Notes: generated from the letters alone by a model not told the origin. A stretch of DNA of 50,411 nucleotides from Phycisphaerales bacterium (GCA_020350565.1 CP070718.1:2683061-2733471); one strand, 5' to 3'. Positions 25,861 through 36,397 are shown, counted from the stretch's first letter. Program-made: numbers and translations.

Positions 25861-26172
25861 ATGACGAATCCCGTTAACGTCTCCAGGATCGGCGGGCAGA
25901 TCGGCCCCTTGGCGGTGCTCAGGCAAGGGCCGCAGGAGCCCCAAGTCGAAGGTAAGGACTTCAAGAGCGTCCTCCTTGACAGCCTCAACCAGGTGAATCA
26001 GCTCCAGCGTGAAGCGGATCAGGGTGTGCAGCGTCTGCTTACGGGGGAGACGCAAAACGTGGCGGAGGTCTTGGCCGCGGTAAACAAGGCGGACATCGCT
26101 TTCGATCTGCTCATGGAGGTGCGCAACAAGTTGACGGACGCGTACCAGGAGATCCAGCAGATGCGGGTATAG
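25861..26172 (+). CDS. fliE: Flagellar hook-basal body complex protein FliE
   Basis: FKSVLLDSLNQVNQLQREADQ...AVNKADIAFDLLMEVRNKLTDAYQEIQQMRV. Confidence 0.9.
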   Translation: MTNPVNVSRIGGQIGPLAVLRQGPQEPQVEGKDFKSVLLDSLNQVNQLQREADQGVQRLLTGETQNVAEVLAAVNKADIAFDLLMEVRNKLTDAYQEIQQMRV

Positions 26173-26408
26173 GAGCGTGGAGACGTCCGTCCAGTGCGGG
26201 TGACGGACAGAGGCCTATCGTGCGATCAGCAAGACACAGACGGCGGTGCTCGCGAGTTTCAGCGGGAGGGGAGCTGGAGGGGTTTTCGGCAAGAACATCA
26301 GGTTGAACATGGAGGTTCAGCCTGCAACGTGCCTAATGACACCATCGGGACAACGAAGGCCGCCGGCTCCGCCGGCAGTCTTCGGCCCGATGCGAGGCGA
26401 ATCGAGCC

Positions 26409-28088
26409 ATGGATCGGCTGAGACAACTCATCAACGTCATCTCGGCGCGAATGAGCGATCTGACGGTCTCGCAACGGATCGCGATCGGCTTGTGCGCGGC
26501 CCTGGTGGCCATGTCCGTGCTGTGGTTGATTCAGTGGGCCAGTGCGCCGGAGATGGTCCCGTTGGTCAACTATCGTTTTACGGTGGAAGAGCTGGAGGAG
26601 GCGCGAGAGACTCTTCAGGCCATCGGGAAGCCATTTGAGGTCCGCGGCTCCCGGATCCTGGTCAAGGCGTCCGACCGGGACATGCTGATCGGCGAGTTGC
26701 ACACCAATAACGTGCTGCCCGAGGGAAGCCTGTTCGATCTCGGAGCACTTGTCGACAGTGGGAATCCGTTCGACCCGCCGGAGCAAATCCGTCTGAAGCG
26801 GCTGGTCGCGAAGGGCAACGAGCTGGCGAAGATCATCGAGGCCTGGCCCTGGGTCAAGTCCGCCAGAGTGATCATCAACGAGGTGACACGTCGGCGGATC
26901 GGCGCGGCAAGTGACACGCCCACGGCATCGGCGGCGATCATCCTTGACCGAGGAGAGGAGTTCTCCGACGAGCGGGTGGCCGGTATCGCATCGTTGATCG
27001 CGGGCGCGGTTGCGGGGCTCAAGCCCCACGAAGTCAAGATCACCGACGGGGCCACAGGACGTCCTTACAGCCTGCCGAGCCCCGAAGAAGCGGTCAGCCG
27101 CGGGTACATGGATGAGGTCCGAAAGCGCGAGAAATGGTATGTGGACAAGATTCGTGATGCGCTGATGGACATTCCCAACTTGCGCGTCACCGCGACGGTG
27201 CAACTTGACGCAGACCGCAAGACGAAGACGACGCACACTTACAACCAGGTGCAGCCGAAAATCGAGGATACGGAAGAGGAAGAGACTTCTTCGGCGCTAT
27301 CGGCGGCCGAGCCGGGTTTACATGCGAACGTCGGCCAAGCCATAACCGAACCGGGTCGGGGCGCTTCCAGCACCAAGAGCAAGGGCAAAACGGAATACTA
27401 CCCGCAGACTTTGAAGGAACAGGAAGTAATCGAGTTCGCACCCTACTCGATTCGCAACGTCACGGCTACGGTGGGCATTCCTCGAAGCTACATCATAGGT
27501 CTGTACAGGGCGAAACACCCTGAAAGTGCGGGAATCACCGACGTTGACCTGAAGGAGGATCGCGAGGCGCAGATCGCCCGCGTCAAGAATACGGTGGTCA
27601 AGATCGTGATGGCGGACCCGAACGACGTCACCGTGGACGTCTATCCGGACATGAAGTGGGACAAGGAGGGTGCAAGCTGGGAGCAGACGCCGGATGGTGT
27701 GATGGGCGCCGACCAGACTGCTTCGGTGCGCACCACGGTGCAGATGATTCGCGGGTACGGCCCGCAGGTGGGCCTCGGTCTCCTGGCTTTGATGAGTCTG
27801 TTCATGATGCTGCGTATGGTCCGGAAGTCGGCCGATCTCGTTCCTTCCTTACCTTCCGATGACGAAGGGGGGACAGGAGAGGAATACATGGATGACGGCC
27901 GTGTCCTGAGTGTGGGACCGTATCCCGTGGGAGAAGCGGAACTCAGTGACAGTATGCTCACCGGACACGAAGTCGACGACCGTACGTTCGTGAACCGACA
28001 GCTTGCCAACGAGGTGGGCAAAATGGTGGAGGAGGATCCACGGACGGCCGCTGAACTCATCAAACGGTGGATGGAAGCGGATGAATAG
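26409..28088 (+). CDS. fliF: Flagellar M-ring protein FliF
   Basis: 559 aa with an N-terminal TM (IAIGLCAALVAMSVLWLI), YscJ/FliF-type periplasmic domains, a second TM near LGLLALMSLFMMLRMV, and an acidic C-terminus. Confidence 0.93.
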   Translation: MDRLRQLINVISARMSDLTVSQRIAIGLCAALVAMSVLWLIQWASAPEMVPLVNYRFTVEELEEARETLQAIGKPFEVRGSRILVKASDRDMLIGELHTNNVLPEGSLFDLGALVDSGNPFDPPEQIRLKRLVAKGNELAKIIEAWPWVKSARVIINEVTRRRIGAASDTPTASAAIILDRGEEFSDERVAGIASLIAGAVAGLKPHEVKITDGATGRPYSLPSPEEAVSRGYMDEVRKREKWYVDKIRDALMDIPNLRVTATVQLDADRKTKTTHTYNQVQPKIEDTEEEETSSALSAAEPGLHANVGQAITEPGRGASSTKSKGKTEYYPQTLKEQEVIEFAPYSIRNVTATVGIPRSYIIGLYRAKHPESAGITDVDLKEDREAQIARVKNTVVKIVMADPNDVTVDVYPDMKWDKEGASWEQTPDGVMGADQTASVRTTVQMIRGYGPQVGLGLLALMSLFMMLRMVRKSADLVPSLPSDDEGGTGEEYMDDGRVLSVGPYPVGEAELSDSMLTGHEVDDRTFVNRQLANEVGKMVEEDPRTAAELIKRWMEADE

Positions 28089-28207
28089 GCGTGTTCCAGG
28101 TCCTCGCGCAATGAGCGGCGTTACGGCCGTCCCGTCGCGAGGTCCGGGTCCGGCGCGTTCGTAATACTGTGCGGACTCTTGAGACCGGCGGTACAGACGA
28201 GAAGACC

Positions 28208-29257
28208 ATGGCCAAACAGCGCAGCGAAACATCCCTGGGGGCCGATACCGAGCTGGAATCGATCAAGGGCGCCGCAAAGGCAGCGATTCTGCTCATCTCG
28301 TTGGACAAGGAGACGTCAGCAGCCATTCTGCGCCAACTCGACCAGGATACTATCGAGACGCTCACGCGCGAAATCGCCCAGATGGGAACGATCGATGCCA
28401 AGATTCGCAGCGCTATCGTGGAGGAATTCTACAATCTCGCGCTCGCAAATCAGTATGTTGAAGCCGGAGGCCTGCTCTATGCCCGTGGTTTGCTTGAGAG
28501 AGCATTGTCCCCTGACCAGGCAATCCGCATTCTGAGGTCCATCGAGCACCAGGTCTATCGCCAGCCCTTTTCCTTCCTTGCCAAGACCGACGTGGAGAAC
28601 CTCACCACGTTCATTCAGGACGAACATCCTCAGACGATCGCGTTGGTCCTGTCGCATTTACCGGCTACCCGGGCCGCTGAAGTGCTCGCCAGTCTACCCG
28701 CCAGCAAGCAGTTGGAGGTTGTTACGCGGGTGGCCAACATGGACAACACCAGTCCGGAGATCGTCAAGGAGGTGGAGAAGGGCCTGGAGATGAGACTCTC
28801 CGGACTCATGGAGCAGACCTTTCAGAAGTGCGGCGGCGTCGAGGCCGTGGCGGCCATCCTCAATCTCGCGGACCGGGGGACGGAAAAGAGCATCCTCGAG
28901 GCCCTCGAGGTGGAGGACCCGGACCTGGTCGATCAGATCAGGCGGCTCATGTTCGTTTTTGAAGACATTCTGCTGGTCAACGATAAGGGCATTCAATCCG
29001 TTCTGAAGGAGATCGAGAACGAGGATCTTGCTCTCGCCCTGAAGACCGCCACGCCGGAACTGAAGGAGAAGATCTTCCGCAACATGTCGGAGCGGGCCAG
29101 TCAGATGATCAAGGAAGACATGGAATTCATGGGTCCGGTCCGAATCAGCGACGTGGAAGGGGCTCAGCAGAGGATCGTCGACGTGGTGCGGCGGCTGGAG
29201 GATGCGGGCGAGATCATCGTATCCGGGCGCGGAGGAGAGAAGGAAATGATCGTATGA
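28208..29257 (+). CDS. fliG: Flagellar motor switch protein FliG
   Basis: GAAKAAILLISL, IQDEHPQTIALVLSHL, RRLMFVFEDILLV, and a C-terminal charged helix. Confidence 0.93.
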   Translation: MAKQRSETSLGADTELESIKGAAKAAILLISLDKETSAAILRQLDQDTIETLTREIAQMGTIDAKIRSAIVEEFYNLALANQYVEAGGLLYARGLLERALSPDQAIRILRSIEHQVYRQPFSFLAKTDVENLTTFIQDEHPQTIALVLSHLPATRAAEVLASLPASKQLEVVTRVANMDNTSPEIVKEVEKGLEMRLSGLMEQTFQKCGGVEAVAAILNLADRGTEKSILEALEVEDPDLVDQIRRLMFVFEDILLVNDKGIQSVLKEIENEDLALALKTATPELKEKIFRNMSERASQMIKEDMEFMGPVRISDVEGAQQRIVDVVRRLEDAGEIIVSGRGGEKEMIV

Positions 29258-29327
29258 CGGGTGTTGCGGCTCGAGCTCAAAGGTGGTGTCGGGATGCGGC
29301 ACTGTCACAGGAGTTCCTGGCGTGTCC

Positions 29328-30035
29328 ATGGTGATCAAGGCTGGCGAGGCCGCCAAGCTTGTAAGCCGTCTTTCGCCGGTTGATCTCGCGGATCACCTGG
29401 CTGAGGCGCGCTCTGTGCTGGATGCGGCGAGACAGCAGGCCGCCCGGATCACGGCGGAGGCTAGGGGCAACGCTGTGATCGCGGAGGAGCAAGCGCGCAA
29501 GCGGGGCTACGAGGAAGGCTACGGGGAAGGACATCGAGAGGGAACGAAGGTGGGGCATCAGCAGGCTTTCGATGAGGCAACCAAGCGCTTCAACGAGCAG
29601 CATGCGGATGCCGTTTCGGCTATGCAGAAGGCAGCGGCCCAGATGGATGCGATGAAGGAGGAACTGGAGATTGCGGCCGAGCATCATCTAGTTCGATTCG
29701 CCACCGACGTAGCGTGCAAGCTGACCTTCGCGATCGGAGCGCATCATCATGAGTCCGCTGCGGAGAACCTTCGTCGAGCCCTTCGTATGGTCGGCACGAG
29801 GACCGATCTGGTGGTGCGCACGCATCCGAAGGATCTGGATGCGATCCGTACTTTTGCACCTTCGTTGCTCGATGAGTTGGGCTCCTCGTCCCACGTTGAT
29901 GTGGTGGCCGATGAAGACATCGCGCCGGGCGGCTGCGTCGTGCGGACGCAGCGCAGTGAGGTTGACGTGACGTTGGACACGCAGGTTGCGGAGATCGTTG
30001 CGCTGCTGTTGGGGGAGGACGCGGGCAATGCGTGA
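29328..30035 (+). CDS. fliH: Flagellar assembly protein FliH
   Basis: Position between fliG and fliI. E/A/R-rich helical N-half (AEEQARKRGYEEGYGEGHREG) and a FliH/YscL-like C-half. The stop overlaps the fliI start. Confidence 0.78.
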   Translation: MVIKAGEAAKLVSRLSPVDLADHLAEARSVLDAARQQAARITAEARGNAVIAEEQARKRGYEEGYGEGHREGTKVGHQQAFDEATKRFNEQHADAVSAMQKAAAQMDAMKEELEIAAEHHLVRFATDVACKLTFAIGAHHHESAAENLRRALRMVGTRTDLVVRTHPKDLDAIRTFAPSLLDELGSSSHVDVVADEDIAPGGCVVRTQRSEVDVTLDTQVAEIVALLLGEDAGNA

Positions 30036-31404
30036 CCCCTTTGAACAGTACGCGCAGATCATCGAGTCCGCGCAATGCTATCGCGTGACCGGACGGGTCT
30101 CGGAAGTGGTGGGCCTCACGGTGGTGGCGGAAGGGTTTCTGCAGCCGGTGGGCTCGATGGCTTCGCTTGTAAGGTCATGCGGATCCCCCATCGCGGCTCA
30201 AGTGGTCGGCCTGCGTGGGGACCGCTCCATCTTGATGCCGCTGCATGATCCGCAGGGCGTGGCGGCGGGTGATGTGGTGACCAGCGCCTTGGGTCTTCAG
30301 CATGTCCCGGTGGGTCGCCAGATGCTGGGAACGGTGCTGGATGGGATGGGCCGGGCGATCGAGGGAAACGAGGGCTTCACGGTGGAGAACTACTACCCGG
30401 TGTATCGCTCGGCACCTCCGGCGCTTTCTCGCCGGCCGATCGACAAACTGGTGGCCACGGGGATTCGCGCGATCGATGCGATGAACACGGTGGGCTGCGG
30501 TCAACGCGTGGGCGTGTTTGCGGGGACGGGTGTCGGCAAGAGCGTGCTCATGGGCATGATCTCCCGTTTCACGTCTGCGAGTGTCACCGTTGTGGCACTC
30601 GTTGGTGAGCGTGGTCGCGAAGTTGGCGACTTCCTCCGCAAGGACCTCGGCGAGGAGGGGATGAAACGGACGGTGCTCGTGGTGAGCACGTCCGACGAGT
30701 CACCCGTTCTCCGTGTTCGCGCGGGCTTTGTTGCCACGGCGGTGGCGGAGTATTTCCGCGACCTGGGCCGCGACGTCTTGTTGATGATGGACTCGACGAC
30801 CCGCATGGCCATGGCCCAGCGCCAGATCGGACTGGCCGCCGGCGAGCCGCCGACGACGAAAGGTTATCCCCCCAGTGTTTTCAGCCTTTTGCCTCATATG
30901 CTGGAGCGTTGCGGTCGAACGGCGAGCGGGAGCATCACCGGCTTGTATACGGTGCTGGTCGAGGGGGACGACATCACGGAGCCGGTCGCCGACGCGATGC
31001 GTGGGGTGCTGGATGGACATCTGTGGCTGGCGCGTGATTTGGCCAACCGGGCGCACTACCCGGCCGTGTCCGTGCTCGAAAGCATCAGCCGTGTGATGCC
31101 GGACGTTGTGGACCAAGAGCATCTGGCAGCGGCTCGGACCGTCCGCAGCGTACTGGCCGTGTGGGCGGACATCGAGGACCTGGTCAACATCGGAGCGTAT
31201 ACCGCAGGCGCGAATGTCGATTTTGACGTAGCGGTTCAATGTAAGCCTGCGATCGACCAGTTTCTGGTGCAAGGCATAGACGAGCCGGCGGACTTTCATG
31301 CGACGAAGGAGCAGCTGCTCAAGCTTGCCGGTGAGATTGAGGGGCGTCGCAGTCAACTGACGGGGCAGTCCGGGCGGGCTGAAGTGGCGGCCCCGGCAAC
31401 CTAG
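30028..31404 (+). CDS. fliI: Flagellum-specific ATP synthase FliI
   Basis: Walker A GVFAGTGVGKSVLMG, Walker B VLLMMDS, and F1-beta-like architecture. GGAGGA ribosome-binding site. Confidence 0.95.
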   Translation: MRDPFEQYAQIIESAQCYRVTGRVSEVVGLTVVAEGFLQPVGSMASLVRSCGSPIAAQVVGLRGDRSILMPLHDPQGVAAGDVVTSALGLQHVPVGRQMLGTVLDGMGRAIEGNEGFTVENYYPVYRSAPPALSRRPIDKLVATGIRAIDAMNTVGCGQRVGVFAGTGVGKSVLMGMISRFTSASVTVVALVGERGREVGDFLRKDLGEEGMKRTVLVVSTSDESPVLRVRAGFVATAVAEYFRDLGRDVLLMMDSTTRMAMAQRQIGLAAGEPPTTKGYPPSVFSLLPHMLERCGRTASGSITGLYTVLVEGDDITEPVADAMRGVLDGHLWLARDLANRAHYPAVSVLESISRVMPDVVDQEHLAAARTVRSVLAVWADIEDLVNIGAYTAGANVDFDVAVQCKPAIDQFLVQGIDEPADFHATKEQLLKLAGEIEGRRSQLTGQSGRAEVAAPAT

Positions 31405-31415
31405 GAGCACGTGCA

Positions 31416-31892
31416 GTGGCGGGACCATTCCGTTTCAGGCTGGAGACCGTTTTGCGGGTGCGGACACAGCAGCGCGATGCGCAGCGGCGTGTGCTCGCCA
31501 AGGCGCTTCGTAATGTTCACACGGTGCAGGCGCGTATTGATGAAGCCAGCCGGGCGATGCGTCTGGAGGTGGACAGGACCCGGGAAACACGCGGCGTGGC
31601 GCGACTCGACGTCGCCGCTTTGAGGGGTCAACAGCTCTACATGGCTCGGCTCCACAGGCAGATCCTCGAGGGACGTCTGACCCTGGCGGAGAAGCGGAAG
31701 ATCGTGGAGCAGGAGCGAGAGCGGCTTGCCGAGGCGTCGAAGCGGCTGAAAGCGATCGAGAAGCTGCGCGAGAGATATTGGCGGCGCTACCAGTTGCAAG
31801 AGCGCCGCATGGAAAGGTCGCGAGAAGACGAAATCGCCGTCCAGGGATTCATGAGGCGGCGGGCCGAGAAGGTTCATGAAGGATCGGTCTGA
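31416..31892 (+). CDS. fliJ: Flagellar export protein FliJ
   Basis: FRFRLETVLRVRTQQRDAQRRVLA and a long coiled coil. GTG start with AGGAG 8 nt upstream, in the position after fliI. Confidence 0.8.
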   Translation: MAGPFRFRLETVLRVRTQQRDAQRRVLAKALRNVHTVQARIDEASRAMRLEVDRTRETRGVARLDVAALRGQQLYMARLHRQILEGRLTLAEKRKIVEQERERLAEASKRLKAIEKLRERYWRRYQLQERRMERSREDEIAVQGFMRRRAEKVHEGSV

Positions 31893-32554
31893 TGCGGGTG
31901 CCGGCGATGGTCAAGCGAGCTTACGACATCATCGCGCTGATCGCGATTGTGAATGTGCTTGCGCTGATGGGTGTGCTCGGCTACGGCATCAGTACTGGAG
32001 CGATCGACCGTGAGAAGATGGTGCGAATTGTCGCTGTACTGCGCGGCGATGACCGAGTCCGGGAGCAGCAGGAATCGGCTGAAGCGAAGGATGAGTTCCA
32101 GGAGCCAGTGTCGGCGGAATCTGAGGGCGTGGCCCGTGCCAACGCGGAAATGATCCGCCACGAAAAGCAACGCGCCATCACCGAGGTCGAGCACAAGCTG
32201 GCTCTGTGCAACAGCATCATGCTGCGCGTGCAGATGGAACGCGAATCCTTCCGCCGCGAGCGGGCGGAGGCGGAACAGCTCGATCGGCAAAAGGAGACGG
32301 TCCGCGAAGATGAGGGCTTTAAGAAGCAGTTGGCGATTCTGGAAAAACTGTCGCCCAAGGTTGCCGTGGAGCATCTAATCGCTTTGCCGGACGCGGATGA
32401 CGCGGCTCGGCTGCTGGCGGAAATGCAACCCCGCCAAGCGAAGAAGATCGTCGAGGCGGCGAAGTCGGGCAACCAGTTGGCGTTCATGCAGAGGATCGTT
32501 CAACGGGTCCGTGAGGTCGCGCCGACTCAAGCCGATGAAATGAGTCAGGAATAA
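31892..32554 (+). CDS. MotE/YlxF-like flagellar protein (single TM plus MgtE_N-like domain)
   Basis: TM IIALIAIVNVLALMGVLGYGI, a coiled coil, then LSPKVAVEHLIALPDADDAARLLAEMQPRQAKKIVEA. It occupies the slot held by ylxF/flbB in Firmicute and spirochaete fla operons. The start overlaps the fliJ stop (TGATG). Confidence 0.65.
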   Translation: MRVPAMVKRAYDIIALIAIVNVLALMGVLGYGISTGAIDREKMVRIVAVLRGDDRVREQQESAEAKDEFQEPVSAESEGVARANAEMIRHEKQRAITEVEHKLALCNSIMLRVQMERESFRRERAEAEQLDRQKETVREDEGFKKQLAILEKLSPKVAVEHLIALPDADDAARLLAEMQPRQAKKIVEAAKSGNQLAFMQRIVQRVREVAPTQADEMSQE

Positions 32555-32572
32555 GGGTCATTCGAATTCGCT

Positions 32573-33913
32573 ATGACAGGGACGGTTACAACGGCGGCGG
32601 CTTCTGATCGGATTGTCAGGATGCGATACGGTGCACCTGAAGCCGATGCGCGCACATCCTCGACGGCGTTCGACGCGCTGCTTGCGGCCACGCGGGCGAT
32701 GACGACGGGCGTGTCTCCAACTGCGGGGGATATTCCTGAGAATCAGATGTTCGAGGTTCCGAAACAGGCTCAGAAGGGCGGCGATGAAGGGCGTCATGTT
32801 TCCGAGAATCCGCGGCCGTCGTTGGCGGAGCGGATTGAAGAGGACCGCGGCGCCCCGTGGAACATCAAGGCGCGCCGTGCGTTCCACGCGGCGCAGCTCA
32901 AGGGGGCCTCCACTCACTCGCCCGGAAAACGCGACAGCAATGAGGCAGCATTCCCGCGCGGGGCGGCTCATTCGTCCGTCCGTGGATCGCCCGTGATGAA
33001 ATCCGAGGGTCCGGCGGATGCGAAGGGGAATCCACCAGAGGGTGCTCTGGGGCGTGGGACTGGCGGTTCTGTCAGGGGCGGATTGTCGAATAACCAGAGC
33101 GCCAATAACAACACTGATCTCAGAGCCCCTGAATTCCGGCCTGCGCTCGTCGAGAGCGAGACCGCAGCGAGGACCGCGAGTGTGAGAAGCGTCGCACCGT
33201 CCGGGCCTTCAAGCGAGCAAGGGCCGGACCTCGCCCGACAGGTCGGTCGCATTCTGGCAAGTAGCGGTCGGGCGGAATCTCAGAGCGGTCGCGCATTGGC
33301 GACCCTTCAGCATGCCGGAACCGACGGCAAAGAGACGCCGCATCCAAAGAGCGCGCCGCAGGCCGAGGCCAAAGATCAATCGTCGAGCAGCCGGACGGCT
33401 AAGGGAAAGGATTTTGAGGAGACATTTCGTTCGAGTTTTGAACGACTGGTGCGATCCATTCGGCTCAGTCGAGGTCCGCATTGGTCGTCCGCAAGGCTTC
33501 AGCTCCATCCGCCGGAGCTCGGGAGAATGAAAGTGGAGCTGCGGCTTAGCGGTGACACCCTGCAAATCGACGTCTTGGCGCGGACGAGCGAGGCGCGGGA
33601 GCTGCTGTACGAGCGCGTTGCGGAACTCAAAGCGGCGTTGGAGCAGCATGGTCTGAGGATCGAGCGGTTCGCGGTCGACATCGATCAGCGAGGCGTGGCC
33701 GACGGTGGTCTGGGGCAGGCTACCCAGCAGGAACGTAAAGGGAACAGGGAGGCCGGCAATTCGGCGACCGCCGTCGGCATCACACGAGGCGCGCGAACAA
33801 GAGAGCGTGAGAACGAGTTCGATTTCGGGCCATTAGGTGCTTCTCGGGAAATCGGGTTGGACTGGGATGCGTTGGAATTCGTCGACGGGCGGAGACTGGA
33901 TATTCGGGTTTGA
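32573..33913 (+). CDS. fliK: Flagellar hook-length control protein FliK
   Basis: Low-complexity N-part and a C-terminal Flg_hook-type segment ARLQLHPPELGRMKVELRLSGDTLQIDVLARTSEARELL...LEQHGLRIERFAV. Confidence 0.8.
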   Translation: MTGTVTTAAASDRIVRMRYGAPEADARTSSTAFDALLAATRAMTTGVSPTAGDIPENQMFEVPKQAQKGGDEGRHVSENPRPSLAERIEEDRGAPWNIKARRAFHAAQLKGASTHSPGKRDSNEAAFPRGAAHSSVRGSPVMKSEGPADAKGNPPEGALGRGTGGSVRGGLSNNQSANNNTDLRAPEFRPALVESETAARTASVRSVAPSGPSSEQGPDLARQVGRILASSGRAESQSGRALATLQHAGTDGKETPHPKSAPQAEAKDQSSSSRTAKGKDFEETFRSSFERLVRSIRLSRGPHWSSARLQLHPPELGRMKVELRLSGDTLQIDVLARTSEARELLYERVAELKAALEQHGLRIERFAVDIDQRGVADGGLGQATQQERKGNREAGNSATAVGITRGARTRERENEFDFGPLGASREIGLDWDALEFVDGRRLDIRV

Positions 33914-33959
33914 GCAGATGGCGTCCGCCTGAACGGCGAATGCGAAAAGGAGCAGTGTT

Positions 33960-34643
33960 ATGGAAACGCAGCAGAGCCTGGGAGTAACGCCTGTCGGCAG
34001 CAGTGGTTCTGCGCAACAAAGCTCAGGCATGAGTGCCCTGGCCAGCGATGATTTCTTCAAACTGCTCATCGCCCAGCTCAGCAGCCAGGATCCGCTTGAG
34101 CCCATGACCAACGAGGACCTCATGCGGCAGATGTCTTCTATCCGCGACATCGAGCTGAATACGGCGCTGACCGAGACGCTGCAAACATTGACCGGCCAGC
34201 AACACTTTGCGGCCGCCTCCTCGCTTATCGGCAAGTATGTGACCGGCGGCGGTGCCGAGGAGGGTGATGAGATGGCCGGTGTCGTTGCCGGGGCTCGGTT
34301 TGAGCCGGGTGGTCAGGCGATTCTTGTGCTGGAGAGTGGCGAGGAGCTGCCATTGGCTCAGGTAAGCACCATCGAGGCGGCCGACCAGCTTGGTGAAGTT
34401 CTTGTTGGCAAGTACGTGAAAGGCGTCAACCGCGATGATCCCGACAACCCGGTCCCGGTGGAGGGAGTCGTTGCGGCGGTCAGCACGGGGCGGTCCGGGG
34501 CCCTCGTTCTGGAACTGGCGAACGGAATGACCCTTTCGCTGTCGGACGTGTCATCCGTCGGCGGCGAGGCCGAGGAGAGTGTGATCGAGAAAGTCCTGTC
34601 CGCGCCGGCGAAGCTGGCTCAGACGGTTCTTGGCTTGCGGTAG
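33960..34643 (+). CDS. flgD: Flagellar hook capping/assembly protein FlgD
   Basis: DDFFKLLIAQLSSQDPLEPMTNEDLMRQMSSI. AAGGAG ribosome-binding site. Confidence 0.9.
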   Translation: METQQSLGVTPVGSSGSAQQSSGMSALASDDFFKLLIAQLSSQDPLEPMTNEDLMRQMSSIRDIELNTALTETLQTLTGQQHFAAASSLIGKYVTGGGAEEGDEMAGVVAGARFEPGGQAILVLESGEELPLAQVSTIEAADQLGEVLVGKYVKGVNRDDPDNPVPVEGVVAAVSTGRSGALVLELANGMTLSLSDVSSVGGEAEESVIEKVLSAPAKLAQTVLGLR

Positions 34644-34655
34644 GAGAGACATCTC

Positions 34656-36335
34656 ATGTCATTGACTTCCGCCATGCTGGTCGGTTTTACCGGCATACAG
34701 AGCAATCAGGTCACCGTCGACACGGTCGGTGACAACATCGCGAACTCCAATACGACGGCGTTCAAGAGCCAGCGTACGCTTTTCGAGACCCTCATGTATC
34801 GCACGGTCAGCGAGGGATCGGCGTCCGGCCCAACCACGGGGGGAACGCTTCCTCAACAGATGGGTAATGGAGCGGACGTGGCTGCCATCCAGCGCAATTT
34901 CGAGCAAGGTTCACTGGAGGCGACCGGTTTCTCGGAGGATCTGGCCATCCGCGGGCAAGGTTTTTTCATCCTCGAGGATCAAAGCGGCGAACAGCTCTAC
35001 ACGCGTGACGGCTCTTTCCGGCTCGATGAGAACGCGACGCTTGTTTCCAATGGCGGGAGGCCCGTGCAGGTTTTTGCGGCTGACGCGGATGGGAACATCG
35101 ATACGAGCCAGCTTACGGATCTGGTCGTTCCACTCGGCTCTACCATACCGCCGATCGCCACGGGCCATGTGATGCTTGAAGGGCACCTGGACGCTGCCGG
35201 TGCCGTTGCGTCTACCGGTGCGGTGCTCAGCAGTCAGCCATTGGGCACCGTTTCGGGTGTGGCCGCCAGCGACGCGACGTTGCTCGCCGACCTGGTTGAT
35301 GAAAACGGCGTCCCCCTCTTCCACGACGGGGATGCGCTGAGAATCAACGCGACGAAAGGCGACGTGTCCATACCGGAAGCCGGCTTCGTCGTGGGGACCG
35401 ACGGCAGTTCGCTCGGCGATCTGGCGAACTTTCTGGAGACGGTTCTCGGCATCAACCCGGACGGAGCCATTCCGGGCAACTCCGGCGTCTTCATGGAGAA
35501 CGGGGCACTGGTCGTTCGCTCGAATCCGGGCGAGGTCAACGCCGTGGAAATGGATGGCGGCTCGATTCGCAATACGACGACCACGACGAGCCCGCCGTTT
35601 CTGTTCGAGCAGATCTCGGAGCCCGTCGGCTCTTCAGACAAGACGAGTTTTACGATCCTCGATTCCCTGGGTAACCCGGTCGAGGTCCGGATGCGTTTTG
35701 TTCTGGAGGAGCGGACCGATGCAGGGACGACCTGGCGCTACTACGCCGAGTCGATAGACGACACGGATCTGAGCCCGATTCTGGGGACCGGGACCATCAC
35801 ATTTGATCAAAACGGGCGCTTCATGGCGTCAGCGAGTACGAGCCTGAGCGTCGACCGACAAGGTGTCGGCTCCGTGACACCGCTGACCTTCGAGGTGGAC
35901 TTCAGCAGTCTCACGGGGCATGCCAGTCCGGACGGCGCCTCTTCCGTCAGGTTGGGCGAGCACGACGGGAAGGAGGAAGGCGTGCTGGTCGGGTATGAGG
36001 TCGCGGAAGATGGAGTGGTCACGGGGCAATACACCGGCGAACGTGAGGTCGTTTTCGGGCAAGTCGCCCTGGCAACGTTCATCAATGAAGAAGGGCTACT
36101 TGCCGACGGCGAGAATGTATACAAGGTCGGGGTCAATTCGGGCCAGCCGAGCATTATTGCGCCGGAAACCGGCGCCGCGGGCTCGATTCAATCCGGCCAC
36201 TTGGAACAGAGCAACGTGGAACTCGCCCGGGAGTTTATCAATCTGATCACGGCTTCGACGGGTATCACCTCGGCGAGTCGAGTGGTGCGGGCGGCTGACG
36301 ACCTGCTGCAGCAGTTGTTGCTGCTGGCGCGCTAG
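34656..36335 (+). CDS. flgE: Flagellar hook protein FlgE
   Basis: MLVGFTGIQSNQVTVDTVGDNIANSNTTAFK N-terminus and LEQSNVELAREFINLITASTGITSASRVVRAADDLLQQLL C-terminus. Confidence 0.95.
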   Translation: MSLTSAMLVGFTGIQSNQVTVDTVGDNIANSNTTAFKSQRTLFETLMYRTVSEGSASGPTTGGTLPQQMGNGADVAAIQRNFEQGSLEATGFSEDLAIRGQGFFILEDQSGEQLYTRDGSFRLDENATLVSNGGRPVQVFAADADGNIDTSQLTDLVVPLGSTIPPIATGHVMLEGHLDAAGAVASTGAVLSSQPLGTVSGVAASDATLLADLVDENGVPLFHDGDALRINATKGDVSIPEAGFVVGTDGSSLGDLANFLETVLGINPDGAIPGNSGVFMENGALVVRSNPGEVNAVEMDGGSIRNTTTTTSPPFLFEQISEPVGSSDKTSFTILDSLGNPVEVRMRFVLEERTDAGTTWRYYAESIDDTDLSPILGTGTITFDQNGRFMASASTSLSVDRQGVGSVTPLTFEVDFSSLTGHASPDGASSVRLGEHDGKEEGVLVGYEVAEDGVVTGQYTGEREVVFGQVALATFINEEGLLADGENVYKVGVNSGQPSIIAPETGAAGSIQSGHLEQSNVELAREFINLITASTGITSASRVVRAADDLLQQLLLLAR

Positions 36336-36397
36336 CGGATGAATGGAAGACCCGGCCGGCAAGACGATGCGGATCGGGATGAAGGCAGGGTAAGGCC

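Noticed and set aside
26310-26326. Sigma54-like TGGAGG-N-CCTGCA upstream of fliF
   Set aside because: The GG-to-GC spacing is one base too long and the -24 hexamer is poor.
26298-27236. 312 aa minus-strand ORF, with similar long antisense or alternate-frame ORFs across the flagellar genes (e.g. 23394..24209, 37755..38642, 40409..41023, 43057..43788, 48447..49397)
   Set aside because: All overlap well-supported + strand flagellar or regulatory genes and have Arg/Pro/His-rich low-complexity translations.
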